Source: Octopus sinensis (Eukaryota). Taken from it: a stretch of DNA of 64,000 nucleotides. Positions 11,285 to 25,595 of this stretch are shown piece by piece. A program made the translations under genes and the position numbers. The DNA lies in contig NC_043008.1 in the NCBI RefSeq assembly GCF_006345805.1, forward strand, positions 66,216,001 through 66,280,000, in the 5' to 3' direction. Each line of letters begins with the position of its first letter. The stretch's first letter is position 1. A model generated the notes under the pieces. The model saw nothing but the letters and a program-made list of their open reading frames with translations, did not search any database and had not been told where the DNA came from.

Positions 11285-11589
11285 GTCTCTATCATATTTT
11301 TCGGTATACAAGTCGATTTAGTATATAGTGAAAACGTATAGTATAAAAATGAAGCATTGCCACTGTCTTTCCAAATCTTGCTGTATTTCACATGGAGCTT
11401 ATGGTCCTCCAAATTAGTTTGGTGTGCAAGTCAGCCTACCATTTTTATTTAACTATTTATTTATTTATTTATTGCAGTAGATTTTGCTCTGAAAGATTCG
11501 ATTTGTATACCGGGAAATACGGTTAGTAGATTTTGGAGAGTTCAAACCCAGGGAGATAAATTGAATCTGCCACAGCAGAATTAATACCA

Positions 11590-11803
11590 GTGGTGGTGTC
11601 ACATAAAATGCACTCACGTGTCACATAAAAAGCACTTAATACACACTGTGGAGTGGTTGGCATTAGGAAGGGCATCCAGCCGCAGCAATCGTGCCAGAAC
11701 AGACAATGGAGCCTAGTGCGGTTCCTGGTTTTACCAGCTCCTGTTAAACTTTCCAACCCATGCCAACATTGAAAACGGACGTTAAATGATGATGATGATG
11801 ATG
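11590..11803 (+). mobile_element. 5'-truncated RTE LINE 3' UTR (family C) with (GAT)n tail
   Basis: ggaagggcatccagc...aaaacggacgttaaatgatgatg; same end as the ORF-bearing copy at 36663-38028. Confidence 0.75.
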
Positions 11804-12581
11804 AGTTTGAAAGAAATTTATAAACGTGAATTATAATAATAAATTATATTGCTGTGGGCAATACTTATAAAAGTACAACAATAATGTCAAGAGTGGGTAA
11901 TCACAAGGTTTTTTAAATATACTAAAAGTTGATAAGATCAGTATATTGTACAAGTATATAATTTTGGATTACTATAAATAGAATACGTAAGTATTTCTAG
12001 CAGGTCTCTGGCTCGATTCGAACCACCTTGCTTGGATTTCCATCTAAGAGTCACTACTTACTCGTAGTCAAATCATAATAACAGACAAGACTGACGCCTT
12101 GACAAAACGGAACGCCCACTTAAGTGTTTACCGGCCATTTTGCATCGGTATGTATCAGTAAAGGGTAACAAACATTAAACAAATGTTATATGATTTTCTT
12201 GCCATATTGTAATTCGAAGGTTCGAGAAAGTTTTGCCCACTGTTATAAAAAATTTGTCGAATTGAACTCTACGCCAGAGCCAACTCAGAATCCACACGGA
12301 ACCTTGTAACTTTGTTCCGCGAGATGAGCTCCTGTCTCTTTCTATTTGTCCTTACATAGTAGACACTAAAAATACATGTGCAACAAAGATAACTTATCCT
12401 TGTATTTTAATGACCACATTCATACATCCCCTATTCCATCGAATTATCGGCTCTATTTTCTCTACAATAATAATGGATACATATGGCATAACAAATTCAA
12501 CAAGAACAATCCCTTTATCTTCCATCTTGTAAGTCTTGAAAAAGTTCTTCAGTATAATATAAATATACCCTGTATGTAATA

Positions 12582-12888
12582 TCACGTGATCACGTGACCG
12601 ACCAGACCATCAGATGTTGTTACACATCGCTGGTCACAATGCGTTCGCATTGTTTTAGCCTTCGAATGACGCCACCCCGCTGGCTAAGCGAGCGGGCCAA
12701 CAGAAGAAAGAGTGGGAGAAAGAGTGGTGAAAGAGTACAGCAGGGATCACCACCCCCTGCCGGAGCCTCGTGGAGCTTTTAGGTGTTTCCGCTCAATAAA
12801 CACTCACAACGCCCGGTCTGGGAATCGAAACCGCGATCCTGCGACCGCGAGTCCGCTGCCCTAACCACTAGGCCATCGCGCCTCCACA
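12582..12888 (-). mobile_element. Young full-length tRNA-SINE (family D) with (TCACGTGA)2 tail and target-site duplication
   Basis: A box TGGCCTAGTGG, B box GTTTCGATTCC, CpGs intact; TSD tgtatgtaata(t) at 12571 and 12889. Confidence 0.85.
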
Positions 12889-14082
12889 TGTATGTAATAT
12901 ATAAGTCATTTTATAATATAAATGTATGGAAACATTTATTTGTACAGTCACCCTTACCAAATTATTCATGACAAACACAATGATCTTCACATATTGGTCT
13001 CAAATTTTGGCACAAGGCCCGTAATTTCGGGGTAGAGAGTAAATCGATTACATTGATTCCACTGTTCAACTGGTACTTATTTTGTCGACCCCCGAGAGGA
13101 TGAAAAACTAAATCGACCTTGGGAGAATTTGAACTCAGATCATAAAGACGCTAAGCATTTTTCCCGACGTGCAAACGATTCTGCCTGCTCGCCGCTTTCA
13201 TAATCTTTGATTTTACATTTTGGCACAAGATCACGATGCTCTTCATATATCTATAGTTTTAAGGGAAAGGAAGTTTAACAACGGGAAATCACATTTTATT
13301 TTCGTTATACATTAAGTAAAACTCGCTAAAATGCAACCGATTTGTTGATAATGTAATGAGCCGTGTGGCCTAACGGTCAGAGATTTGAGTTTACTATTGT
13401 AAGCGCGTGGGTTTGATTCCAGAATCTGTTGTATGATAGATATTTCATATCTCGTTGTTCCAATCCACTCATTTGAAGATGAGTAGCACAAGCTGGGAGT
13501 TAACTTTGCAACTTATTAGCATTCCATCTGATTGGGAGGGCGGTTACTGCATGAATAGGAAAGGCAGTCATCTGACTGTATACCTTCAGTAGAGAAAAGC
13601 TAAATAATAGGAACTATGTAATACTTGTACGGGGAAAAGAATGCTATTTTCAACTATTGTAGTTCAGATTTTGTAGGTGGAGGCAACAAATTGTTTGAAA
13701 AGACAGAGCAATACGTAGGGTGGTGTAATAAATGGATCTGAACAAAGATTAGATAAGAAAACTATATTATTTACATCATGTTGCGGTCAATAAATAAAAA
13801 GATATCTATAACGGGGAGGAGGAAGAAAAGATGAGAGAAATTTAAGAAAACTAACGGGAAATATAGGGGAAAGAAGATTCAATATAATAAAGAATGGTGT
13901 AGGGAGGATAATATTACGAAGACAGAACAATAAAATAGATCATGTAATCAAGAGGAGATGAAAAACTTAGCCATGTAAGTAATTCATAAATTAGGAGGCT
14001 CAACATCGCTGTAAGATAATGCTCTGTATTTATTTGAATATAAGGATGATAATATTACTTATATATATATATATACGTGTAT

Positions 14083-14520
14083 AGGCATGGCTGTGTGGTA
14101 AGAAGCTTGCTTCCCAGCCTCGTGGTTCCGGGTTCAGTCCCACAACGTGGCACCTTGGGCAAGTGTCTTCTACTATAGCCTCAGGTCAACCAAAGATTTG
14201 TAAGTAGATTTGGTAGACGGAAACTGAAAGAAGCTTGTATGTATATATATATGGATATAGATATAGATATCTTTATACATACAAACACACAGATGTATGT
14301 TTGTGTGTCATTGTGTCTGTGTTTGTTCCCCAACACCGCTTGACAACCAGTGTTGGTGTACTTAGGTTCCCATAACCAAGCGGTTCGGCAAAAATGACCG
14401 ATAGAATAAGTACCAGATTTTTTAAAAGTCCTGGGGTCAATTTGTTCAACTAAAAACCCTTCAAGGCGGTGCCTCAGCATGGCCGCAGTCAAATGACCGA
14501 AACAAGTAAAAGACAAAAGA
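14083..14520 (+). mobile_element. Family A CORE-type SINE, full length
   Basis: Head, gcaccttgggcaagtgtcttc, central microsatellite, agtcaaatgacc hairpin tail. Confidence 0.85.
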
Positions 14521-14603
14521 TACACACATACACACACACACACATAGACATATATATATATATATGTGTGTATACATACATACACATATATATATATATA
14601 TAT

Positions 14604-14834
14604 CCCCTTCTTCCTAGCTCTCCTGTGTGAGCCCTCAGTCCGGTATTCGCCATGATAGATCGCTAGCTACTACACATTCTTTATTTTCTCTCCTTGTTTC
14701 TCTCTGTGTTCCTTTCTGTGGAAGAGCGTAGGCTCGAAACGTTAAAGACTTTTTCACTTCCCGAGCGTTAAACTTATACATCTGCTTGTTGTCTACACCA
14801 CCAGTCTTCGTCTTTTTTTTTTGTGAATTCTCCC
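14604..14834 (+). mobile_element. Penelope-like remnant with best-preserved CUGUGGA HHR-like motif (14712-14747), in (TA)n
   Basis: cttt-CTGTGGA-a-gagc(gtag)gctc-GAAA-cgtt-aaag; both flanks are (TA)n. Confidence 0.75.
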
Positions 14835-14867
<33 letters not shown>

Positions 14868-15726
14868 CATATATATATACAAATATATATATATTGTGTG
14901 TGCATGCATGTATGTATGTATTTGGAGAGTTAAAACAGAGAAAATATATGATGCATATTAAAATTGAGGTTGAGTTGGTAATATAGAGTAGAGTGAGTGT
15001 TCGTAGCGTAATTAAAATGTAACAAGTTATCATCAATATCATCTACATTAATATCAAGTCGAATTCAATGAGACAATTCAGGCCAACATATGTGAGAAAA
15101 GGATGTCAAGGGTTCACTGCTGTTACCCTTGTAGTAGGACCAGACTGATACACATGAATATTTCTTTAAGGCATCCAAGACTGACGAGTTGAAGAGACCA
15201 GGTTATTCTCAAAGTGATATATTTTACTGAATGTTTTGCAAGCAATAGATCACGTCTTTCATTTAAGAACACTGAACGCAAAGAGCTGGAGCAAATACCG
15301 CAAAGTATCTTGCTTTGAGTATGCAAGTGCGTGGGTGCATGGGTCCTTGTGTGTATGTGTGTGTGTGCAAATACATATATGTATATATATATGTTGTGTG
15401 TATATGTTATATATATATCTATATATATATTATATAATAAAAATAAGTCAAATAAAACATGCTAAATAAATTTTAATAAAGAACATTTCAGTACCGGTTC
15501 AGTAATTTTGAGACCTTTTGCAACTGTAACGATTAAATAATTAAATTTAGAAAAATAAAAGAAATGTTTTTTTAAAGAATATTGTATAGTGTTTTCAAAT
15601 ATAAGTGGCATTTTCCTTGTTTCTGCCTTGCTCTGTCTCTCTTGTTCACCTTGTGAAATATAAATTTACATATATGTGTGTATATATGTATATATATATA
15701 TATATATGTGTATATATATATATATA

Positions 15727-15769
<43 letters not shown>

Positions 15770-15871
15770 TTGTGTGTGTATATATATAGGTATATATATG
15801 TGTATATATATATATGTGTATATTATATTATGTATATATATATAATTATATATGTATATATATTATATATA

Positions 15872-15906
<35 letters not shown>

Positions 15907-15936
15907 TAGTATATATATTATATATATATATGTGTG

Positions 15937-15979
<43 letters not shown>

Positions 15980-16419
15980 TAACTGAATGAAGAGGTATAT
16001 GTGGTGTGTGAGTATTTATATTTGTACACACAACCCACACCAACACCCACCAGATATATATATTAGGAAGAAGCGAATGTTATAGAAAACTTCTGCTTTC
16101 TCCAAGATGCAGAATGGCTGGGCGAATGTAAATATTACGTAATAACATGGAACAGTCTGTAGCCAATAGCAATTGTCTTCTAACAGTTAACTGAATTACA
16201 TAATGAAATTCTAAAACCCGGTATTGAGTGCTCAGATTTCTAATATATATATATGTTACAGTTGTATTTGAGGCACATGCATTCCTTTACACACATACAG
16301 ATAGACATACACACAAGTGCGCACGAATACACAAAACGCTGGACAAACACGTAAGCACCATACAGAAACAACATATAGACACACTCAATCACACAACACA
16401 CAAATAATATATAAATCAT

Positions 16420-16946
16420 ATATAAATATATGCATATATACATACATATGTTGTACATACCTACATATATATTTATATACATGCATAATATAATTTATAC
16501 AGCATGTATAATACATATATATACATATATATATATATATACATATATATATACACATATATATCTATACATATATACACATATATATATACATATATAT
16601 ATATAACACATTATATATACATATATATATATACACTATATATATACACATAATATTTACATCATAGATATACACAATATATATATACACACTATATATA
16701 TATCCATATATATATATACATATATATATATACATAATATATGTATATACATATATATATATACATATATATATAATACATATATATATATACATATATA
16801 TATATTATACATATATATATACATATATATATATATACATATATATATATACATATATATATACCTATATATATATATACATATATATATATACATATAT
16901 ATATATACATATATATATATACATATATATATACATATATATATAC

Positions 16947-17011
<65 letters not shown>

Positions 17012-17012
17012 C

Positions 17013-17046
<34 letters not shown>

Positions 17047-17060
17047 ATATATATACACAT
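16420..17060. repeat. Degenerate (TA)n/(CATATA)n microsatellite field
   Basis: Direct observation; source of several spurious YI-rich ORFs. Confidence 0.95.
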
Positions 17061-17200
17061 ATTTGAGTAGTAGAATGAATATCTTGTTATGGATAATTCG
17101 TTAAACGATACCTGGGTAGCAATTCACATCAGAGAATACACGTTTTGAAGTTACGTGCTTTCGTGTGGAAATTTGTATGTTTTTATTTTAAAATATAAAT
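17061..17200 (+). mobile_element. Truncated homologue of the HHR-carrying element at 42527-42825
   Basis: gagtagtagaatgaat...gatacctgggtagcaattcac...tcgtgtggaaatttg matches the reverse complement of 42670-42820; (TA)n flanks. Confidence 0.7.
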
Positions 17201-17925
17201 ATATGAAAGAATAGTAATATATATATACATATATCTATATATATACATATCTATATATATATACATATGTATATATATATATATTATATATATATATATT
17301 ATATTATACTATTCATATATATTCATATATATACATATATATACATATACATATATATATACACACATATATATACACACATATATATATACATATACAT
17401 ATATATACATATATACATATATATACATATAATATACATATATACTATATGATAAGAGACATGTAGAGACAAGGTGAGGAAAGGAAAGAGAGAAGAGTGA
17501 TGGAGAGAGAAAGCAAACCGTTGAATAATAGAAAAACATGCATTAATGCTAATATGCGTTGGTGTTTATGATAATACGAATACAATTGGGCGCATTTGTA
17601 CGCTTCTAGAATGTCGCAAATTATGAAAGACAGATAAGATAAGTAGACAGGTAAGTAGTCTAAACTGATAAGTGATTTAGGCGGACCGGTAACCTGGCAG
17701 ACGATCATTGAGATAAATTCCAAAACAATCAGAAAGATCGGTGTGTCTCAAAGTAGACGGTACCGCCTTCTGAGAATGGTGGGTAATTTTGTAAGGATAT
17801 TGTGGACAGAGAGTGAGAGAAATAGTGTGCAATAGTGCATCTTTTAGCTGCCAATTTTTATTCTGTGTGTGAATGTTCTGTTAAGATATTTGTGGTCGAG
17901 ATGCTGTTTTGGCATTCCATATTAT

Positions 17926-18482
17926 AGACGCAGGTGTGGCTGTGTGGTAAGAACCTTGTTTTTCCAAGCACATGGTTCCGGGTCACTCTCACTGCGTGTT
18001 ACTTGGGCAAGTGTTTTCTACTTGTGAATGGACTTGGTAGACGGAAACTGAAAGAAGCTCATCGTGTGTGTGTGTGTGGCTACGTGGTAAGAATCTTGCT
18101 TCCCAACCACATGGTTCCGGGTTCAGTCCCACTGCGTGGCACCTCGAGCAAGTGTCTTCTACTATAGCCTCGGGCCGATCAAAGCCTTGTGAATGGATTT
18201 GGTAGACAAAACACTGGAAGAAGGACCCTCGTACATATATATATGCATATATTTGTGTGTGTGTCTGTGTTTGTCCCCCGCCATCGCTGGACAACTGATG
18301 CTGGTGTGCTCATGTCTCCGTAACTTAGCGGTTCGACGAAGGATACCGATATAATAAGTACTAGGCTTACAAAAATAAGTCCTGAGGTCTATTTCTTCGA
18401 CTAACACCCTTTAAGCCGGTGCTCCAACATAGCAGCATTCAAATGACTGAAATAAGTAAAAGAATAAAAAAATAAAAGAATA
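17926..18482 (+). mobile_element. Family A SINE with duplicated 5' half (two heads)
   Basis: Heads at about 17926 and 18075, single tail. Confidence 0.8.
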
Positions 18483-19513
18483 CATACAACAGAATGATAA
18501 CGTGCCAATCCACTACAGTTGTTTCCAAGGAATTTTTAATTGATTAATGGAGACATTACATCATTAGAAAAATCCGTTTTCATCAGGTGAATACATGAAT
18601 CAAAACTTTCAAAAGCATTCAAAAGTGGCATGTGCCACTTCATAATTTTATGCCCCTTGCCGGTCATGGAATGAATTTGCTAGTTCAGTTTTGTAATATC
18701 ATAGGAGAAAATAACGTGATGTCATTCGTACGTAATGGGGTAACGAAGATTTATAGCAGTGAAGGAGGTTAAAGGATGAGGCCCCTACAACTAAGATAGA
18801 GTCAGCTTCTTTTATCTTTTAATTCTAATTAGCAAGAGATTTGTGGGCTAAGAACAAAGAATAACATCACCCAGTTATTTATATATTTTTCAGTCTTCTA
18901 AATGCGCCTTTTAAGGCCGGAAGGACCATAAAAGAGGAAGACAGTAAGTCTAAGATGGTCTGATAAGGGGGCGGGTATGAAATAAAAAGAATGGCCATCA
19001 TATCAATAATTAGATAAATAAAGAAGTATACAATAAAAAGTATACAATAAAAAAGTATGTGAAAGCAAATGGATGATAATAAAAAAGGATAATAATAAAA
19101 AGAAATTGGATAATAATAATAAAAAACGGGAGTGACAGATTGTGATTATGCAAAGAATATAATAGGAATTTTAAAAATAATTAAAAATTGGTTAAAAATA
19201 GTATAATGGAATAAAATAAAATAAGGTAATGTAATAGGATAAATTACAATAGCGCGAAAAAAGTGGATTGGAAAAAAAGATGATAAAATTAATAGAATAT
19301 ATAATAATCATAATTCAATGAATAAGTATGTTATGAGATGAATCAAAATATACAAAAAATAAGAAAATGTAAGAAATTATGGTGTAAATTTCTAAGCCAC
19401 GACTTGAGGCGTATAAAACAGATAAGGCCGACTGTGGTCTCAGATTCATTCGTATTGGCAGGATTTAAACGCAGAACGTAACTGAGAAAGGGAATCAATT
19501 ACCGTACAGCCTT

Positions 19514-19920
19514 AGTGGCTGTGTGGTAAGTAGCTTGCTTACCAACCACATGGTTCCGGGTTCAGTCCCACTGCGTGGCACCTCGGGCAAGTGTCTTCTA
19601 CTAAAGCCTCGGGCCGACCAAAGCCTTGTGAGTGGATTTGGTAGACGGAAACTGAAAGAAGCCCGTCGTATATATGTATATATATACATGTGTGTGCGTG
19701 TATGTTTGTGTGTCTGCGTTTGTTCCCCTAGCATTGCTTGATAACCGATGCTGGTGTGCTTATGTCCCCGTCACCTAGCGGTTCGGGAAAAGAGACCGAT
19801 AGAATAAGTACTGGGCTTACAAAGAATAAGTCCTGGGGTCGAGTTGCTCGATTAAAGGCGGTGCTGCAGCATGGCCGCAGTCAAATGACTGAAACAAATA
19901 AAAGAGTAAAGAGTAAAGAG
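19514..19920 (+). mobile_element. Family A SINE, well preserved
   Basis: Near-consensus head, CORE region, tail gcagtcaaatgactgaaac(aaagagt)n. Confidence 0.9.
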
Positions 19921-20275
19921 TTATCCGACACTCTGCCAATCATTTCTGAGAAAGCCAGAAATATGTAATGACAAGAACAGTCGATTATATCATCCTTCGG
20001 GGAAGACTGGTATTTATCGACTTGGGAAAAATAATAGTTAAAGACGACCTCGGCATGATTTCAACTCAGAACGTAAGAAATCGGAATAAATTCGATTTTA
20101 GCATTATCTTCTAATTTTAGCGTAAGGACAACATCTTCGTGAGGGGTTGCGGTAAATCGATTACATCAATTCCAATACCCAACTGGTACTTATTTTATCG
20201 ACCCCCGAATGGATGATAGGTAAAAAGTGACCTCGGGGGCATTTGAACTATAAACGTAAACAGCCGGAAGAAATA

Positions 20276-20690
20276 TTTATTTCTTTACAGCCCACAAGGG
20301 GCTAAACACAGAGAGGACAAACAAGGACAGACAAAGGGATTAAGTTGATTATATCGACTCCAGTGCGTAACTGGTACTTATTTAATAGACCCCGAAAGGA
20401 TGAAAGGCAAAGTCGACCTCGGCGGAATTTGAACTCAGAACGTAGCGGCAGACGAAATACCTATTCTCTTTACCCACAAGGGGCTAAACACAGAGGGGAC
20501 AAACAAGGACAGACATAGGTATTAAGTCGATTACATCGACCCCAGTGCGTAACTGGTACTTAATTTATCGACCCCGAAAGGATGAAAGGCAAAGTCGACC
20601 TCAGCGGAATTTGAACTCACAACGTAACGGCAGACGAAATACCGCTAAGCATTTTGGTCGACATGCTAACGATTCTACCAACTCACCGGC
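20276..20690 (-). mobile_element. Family B SINE head-to-tail dimer
   Basis: Two body units, one head; junction gacgaaatac|ctatt is the same as in the 6482 array. Confidence 0.85.
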
Positions 20691-21719
20691 TTTAGTGGGT
20701 TTTAATAATAATTTCTCACATAAACACAAAACAATCAATTAATACTTGACTTTTACTTTATTTTATCCCAAAAGGATTGCAGTTAAAGCTGACCTCGGCT
20801 AGACTTAATCTCAGAATGTAAAGAGTCGGAATAAATATTGTCCTAACGATTCTAATAATTTCTTGAATGGACACAAAGCTTTATTAATTCAATCTATTCT
20901 ACCACTTGATGGCACTTGATTTTATCGATCCTGAATATATAAAAGTTCGAGTTGACTTCTACAGGATTTGAACTTTAATCGTAAGGAGCCGGAACGAATA
21001 CCGTGCTAACAAGTCTCATAATAATTTCTTACGCAGACAAAAGACCTCAGGTTTGGACAGAAAGCGTAATCAACTAAATCAACACCACTATTTGACATAT
21101 TTTATTTATCGACCGTATAAGTTTATAACTTAGAAGTGAGTTCGGCAAGATTTCGGCTCAATAATGAAAGCTATAATAAAATGCCATAAGTTATTTCGTC
21201 CGATAATCTAATGATTCTGCCGAGGCACTGCCCAAGTCCGACAAATATAATGGCTAAGGAGACAATCAATAATACAGACGACAATATTTGACAGGTACTT
21301 CATTTTATCGTTTGCCGGAATGATGAAAGTAATACTGATCTCAGTAAGATTTGAACTTATAACGTAATAGTTTGTAACCAAATACCATTAGACGTTTTGT
21401 CAGCCGCAGTCACTTTTCTAATCCTACCAATCCGCCGCCCGATGATAAACAAAATAGCAATTAACTTTACCTCAAGCAAATCTAATTATAAAATTCCCTA
21501 TTTTTCCAGGTTTGTTGACTTTGATGATGTTGTTGTTATTAATATTGTTGCTACTGTTGTTGTTGTTGTTGCTGTTGTTGATATTGCCGTTTTGTGCGTC
21601 TATGTATATGTGTGTAAGATGTATTTGCAAGAGTACAAGCGCGTTTGAGTTTACGTATAAATGAACGTGTTTACAAATATATATATATATATATAAAATA
21701 CATATATCTATATACTTAC

Positions 21720-21756
<37 letters not shown>

Positions 21757-22065
21757 AATATATATATATATAGTATGTATGTATGTATGTATGTATGTAT
21801 GTATGTATGTATGTATGTATGTATACATGTGCGTATATATATTTTTTTTGTTTGTATATTTATGTATGTATATGTTTTTGCTTGTGCATATACAAATATG
21901 GCCTTGGCTGCATAAAGATGTGCCATGTGCCTGTGTACTTTTCCGTAAAAGTGTACATGTTTGTTTATTTACTATGAATATATACCTGTGTGTTCTTATC
22001 TATGAGTGTATATGTGCGTATACATACATACACACATACATACGCATATGTATATACATATATAT

Positions 22066-22110
<45 letters not shown>

Positions 22111-22536
22111 TTAACTTCTGCAACACTTAGCTTGCGACAAGATGTCTCAGCGTTTTCCAGAAATAGGTAGCAAGTTAGAATTTGTGGCGCTGTTTCTTCT
22201 CCCAGAGGATGTTGCACAGAACGCTCTCAGCTTCAAATGCTCTAATGGCAGAGAATCTAATCTAGGAATAAATTAATATCATTTTCTACATTACTGTCCA
22301 AGCGACAACCTTCCCATATTCTTTCTCTCTCCTCCTCCCTTACTCTCTCATCTCACACTTTCTCTTTCTTCCTCTCACTTTCCCTCCCCTCTCCCAACAT
22401 TAATTTGATGTGTAGCACAGACACAAGGTGGGTACAGTTGGTTAAATAGACTCAGGTGTACGACTGGTACTTTAATTTATAGGCTTTGAATATGGAAAGA
22501 CAAAATGATATAAAATCAACCTCGGCGTGATCTGAA

Positions 22537-22587
<51 letters not shown>

Positions 22588-23659
22588 CTCTCTCTCTCTC
22601 AGTCTCTCTCTTTGTTTATTTATTTTTATCTCTCGCTCTCTCACTTTCTCTCTCTCACTCTATTTCTCTCTCTCACATTATCTCTCACTCTCTCTCTCTC
22701 TCTCTTTCTCTCATTCTCTCTCGCGTTCTCTCTTTCACTTTCTGTTCTTGACAAAGGGAAAAGAAACCCAAAATATTAAAACTTCACACTTCTTTAAGTA
22801 AATTAAAATCAATAAAATCCTAGAAATTTGTCTATGGCATATTCCTTATTAATACTATCATCAGTTCTCTAAGGTTTAAGATTCTAACTTAATATATATA
22901 TCTAGTGTTTTTGTAATTGTTCATGTAATCGTTGTTGTTGTTGTTGTAGTTACTATGGCTCTTGTTTTTACTATCATATCTGTTAACGTCTTCATGGTCG
23001 TTGTTTTACTTTGTTTTGTTGGGATTTTTTGTTCTTTTTTTCACCTTTTATTCAGGAGACAAAACAGTTTACATTGTTCATTGCAGAACCTCTAAGACTA
23101 GAAGAAGACGTGGGGGAAGATATCCTCAAACCGGAATCCTGGCCAGAATGCCTGCAACGGAGTGGATTTTGCTAAGGGCATTCGCAGTGCCAGGTCATGG
23201 CTTTAAGCCTGGTGACGGGTTAAGTCTACAACCCAAAGAAGTCATGGGATGGTTTGAACTCAGAACACCAAGAACTAGAACAAACATCGCAAGGCATCCA
23301 GTCCAACGTTCTTACACTTCCACCAATCTATTGTGTTAGACTGAGACTTCATTTTTATTCACCTCTAAAGGATGACAAAGCTGACCTCGAAATGAGACGA
23401 ACGTAATGAGAAGAACAAATACTTCGAAACATTCTGTTCAGTGACTCTGGTGGTGGTTGTTGTTGTTGTTGTTGTTGTGGTGGTGGTGGTGGTGGTGGTG
23501 GTGGTGATGGTCGTGTGGTGGGGGGGGGGGCAGCGGCGGCGGTGGTGGTGGTGGTGGTTGAGATGATGGTGGTGGTGGTGTTTCCGTCCGTCGATCAGTC
23601 AGCAACTTCTGCGTTTACATTCCTTCAATGGTTTGTCTAAACGAAGCCCAATATCTCCC

Positions 23660-24190
23660 TAAGGACCAAGATCTGTTGTCTTTTTTTTTTCGCGCACTAG
23701 TTCTGCCTGTTCTTTTCAACAGCGCTGAGACCTAGACCACTCTCAACCAGGATCTGAACAAGCTCGAGGTGTTCCAAATGCGATGTTTTCGTCATATCCT
23801 TGATGTTTACCTACGCGACCAAATCTCAAACAACAACATCCGAGGACAATGCCAGCAGTAGCCGACCATTGAAGACCAAGTCCGGCAGTGAAAACTGCAG
23901 TGGCTTGGTGACGTCTGCAGAATGGGCACCAGAAGACTACCACACCAACGTTTGTTGCGACAGCAACCTACGCACTGGAGAATCCAGCGCAGTGCACCAG
24001 GGGCAAAATAATTTGAGGAGGGCCTGAAGTCGCAGCGCCTCAACCTCGAGCATGCTAAGGCCAGCGTCATAGATCGGAAAGCGTGGAATATCATCTCCAG
24101 AGTCCGTCATCCAGCGGCATCCACAGCAGCATATTAGTTGAGGACAGCCTTCCCCTCCGGTCACCAGCTAAGGATTTAAGGAAAAAAAAA
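23660..24190 (+). mobile_element. 5'-truncated RTE-clade LINE 3' end (pseudogenised ORF C-terminus)
   Basis: Translates RALVLPVLFNSAET*...KLEVFQMRCFRHIL...KLQWLGDVCRMGTRRLP...DRKAW; A-rich end. Confidence 0.85.
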
Positions 24191-24359
24191 CAAGAATTTT
24201 CTCTTTCTAGACCAAATTTTTCTACAATTCCCTACAAGAGTTTCCCCTGCTCCTGTAAGGTCTAGTTTTTACCTAAAGATACTATAATTTCGAATATGCA
24301 GTGACGGGTAATAGATGTACAAATATATAATTAAATACAGGAAAAAATTCAAACATCTC

Positions 24360-24620
24360 TTTGCATATAATTATCTCATTAGTCGCTATTTCTCATGAAA
24401 CCCTGGGATCCGCAACAACGGCGTTCAGTGTTTCATCCGTCTACACAACACGTTGGACAGGTATCATTTACACTAAATTTAGTTGATATACACTGTGTGA
24501 CAGTTTGTCAGTAGAACTGTTTCCAGCCTGAAAATAATGTCACCTCTCCCTCCTGGTAGTCAGGAAGGTTCTGATAGAGTCACAAATGTTATCTTCCTCC
24601 TCTTTTAACAAAACCTGCGG
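24360..24620 (-). pseudogene. Possible highly decayed L1/Tx1-type C-terminal zinc-knuckle remnant
   Basis: With stop and frameshift reads WKQFY*QTVT...NDTCPTC...DETLNAVVADPRV, loosely like the CxxC...ETxxH zf-RVT motif. Confidence 0.25.
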
Positions 24621-25183
24621 AGCAGATTGAAGCATAAACTAGATCCAGCGGGTCAGACAGAGATACTTATTCCTTGAAAAATCTATAACGTAGGTCAAAG
24701 AAGTCAATAGATGAGACAAACTTTTAATTAACAATAAAGAAAGGAAAGAATGATAGCAAAATTTGTGCGCAGGGATGTACCGGAAAACTGGTTTATGTGA
24801 TATATTTTCAGTCCTTGCAGGGATAACGGAAGTAGAAACTGTTCGACGAATGCATAGTTCTTTGGAAACCAATGCTAGTGCCGTTTCAGCTATAAAACCT
24901 TTCAATATCGTTCATGTTATTAGAATCTATTCAAATGAAACCCTGAGTTTGAAAACAGTTGGCTCAGTGTGTATAGGCAAAGTGAAGGAGAAATAGGTCA
25001 TAACGTTTAGTTGTGGATTTATGAGCTTCTTTTTCATTGGTTGAGATATGAAAAAAATTCGGTAAGTTAAATTGATTTGACTAACCGGAATCATTGCTAA
25101 CCACTGTTCTAGTTTATTCCGATACTAAACGCATGCTTTTGATATATTTTATAGATTATCTTGAAATTTAACAATAACTATAT

Positions 25184-25230
<47 letters not shown>

Positions 25231-25432
25231 GAACCGAGAGCCGAGTTAAACAATGACGCAAGCCGGATCTTACCCATCCTGCTCACGGCCAGTATGTTTG
25301 ACTCCACTGGACTACACCATAAAAAAAAAAAACAAATGTTGGCGGGAAGGATATATAAGAAATTAATGCTGTTTCGGCTTCAAAGCATATTTCTAGCACA
25401 CATTAGTTTACAATAAATACCAACAGTTTATT

Positions 25433-25523
<91 letters not shown>

Positions 25524-25525
25524 CC

Positions 25526-25595
<70 letters not shown>

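Noticed and set aside
15123-15326. 67-aa non-repetitive ORF; similar short ORFs at 22100-22217, 24639-24905, 36155-36361
   Set aside because: No recognisable motif, length within chance expectation, weak splice context
15660-17460. Many 60-135 aa YI/CV-rich ORFs (also at 41000-43400 and 59200-60660)
   Set aside because: Products of TA/CA microsatellites that lack stops in some frames
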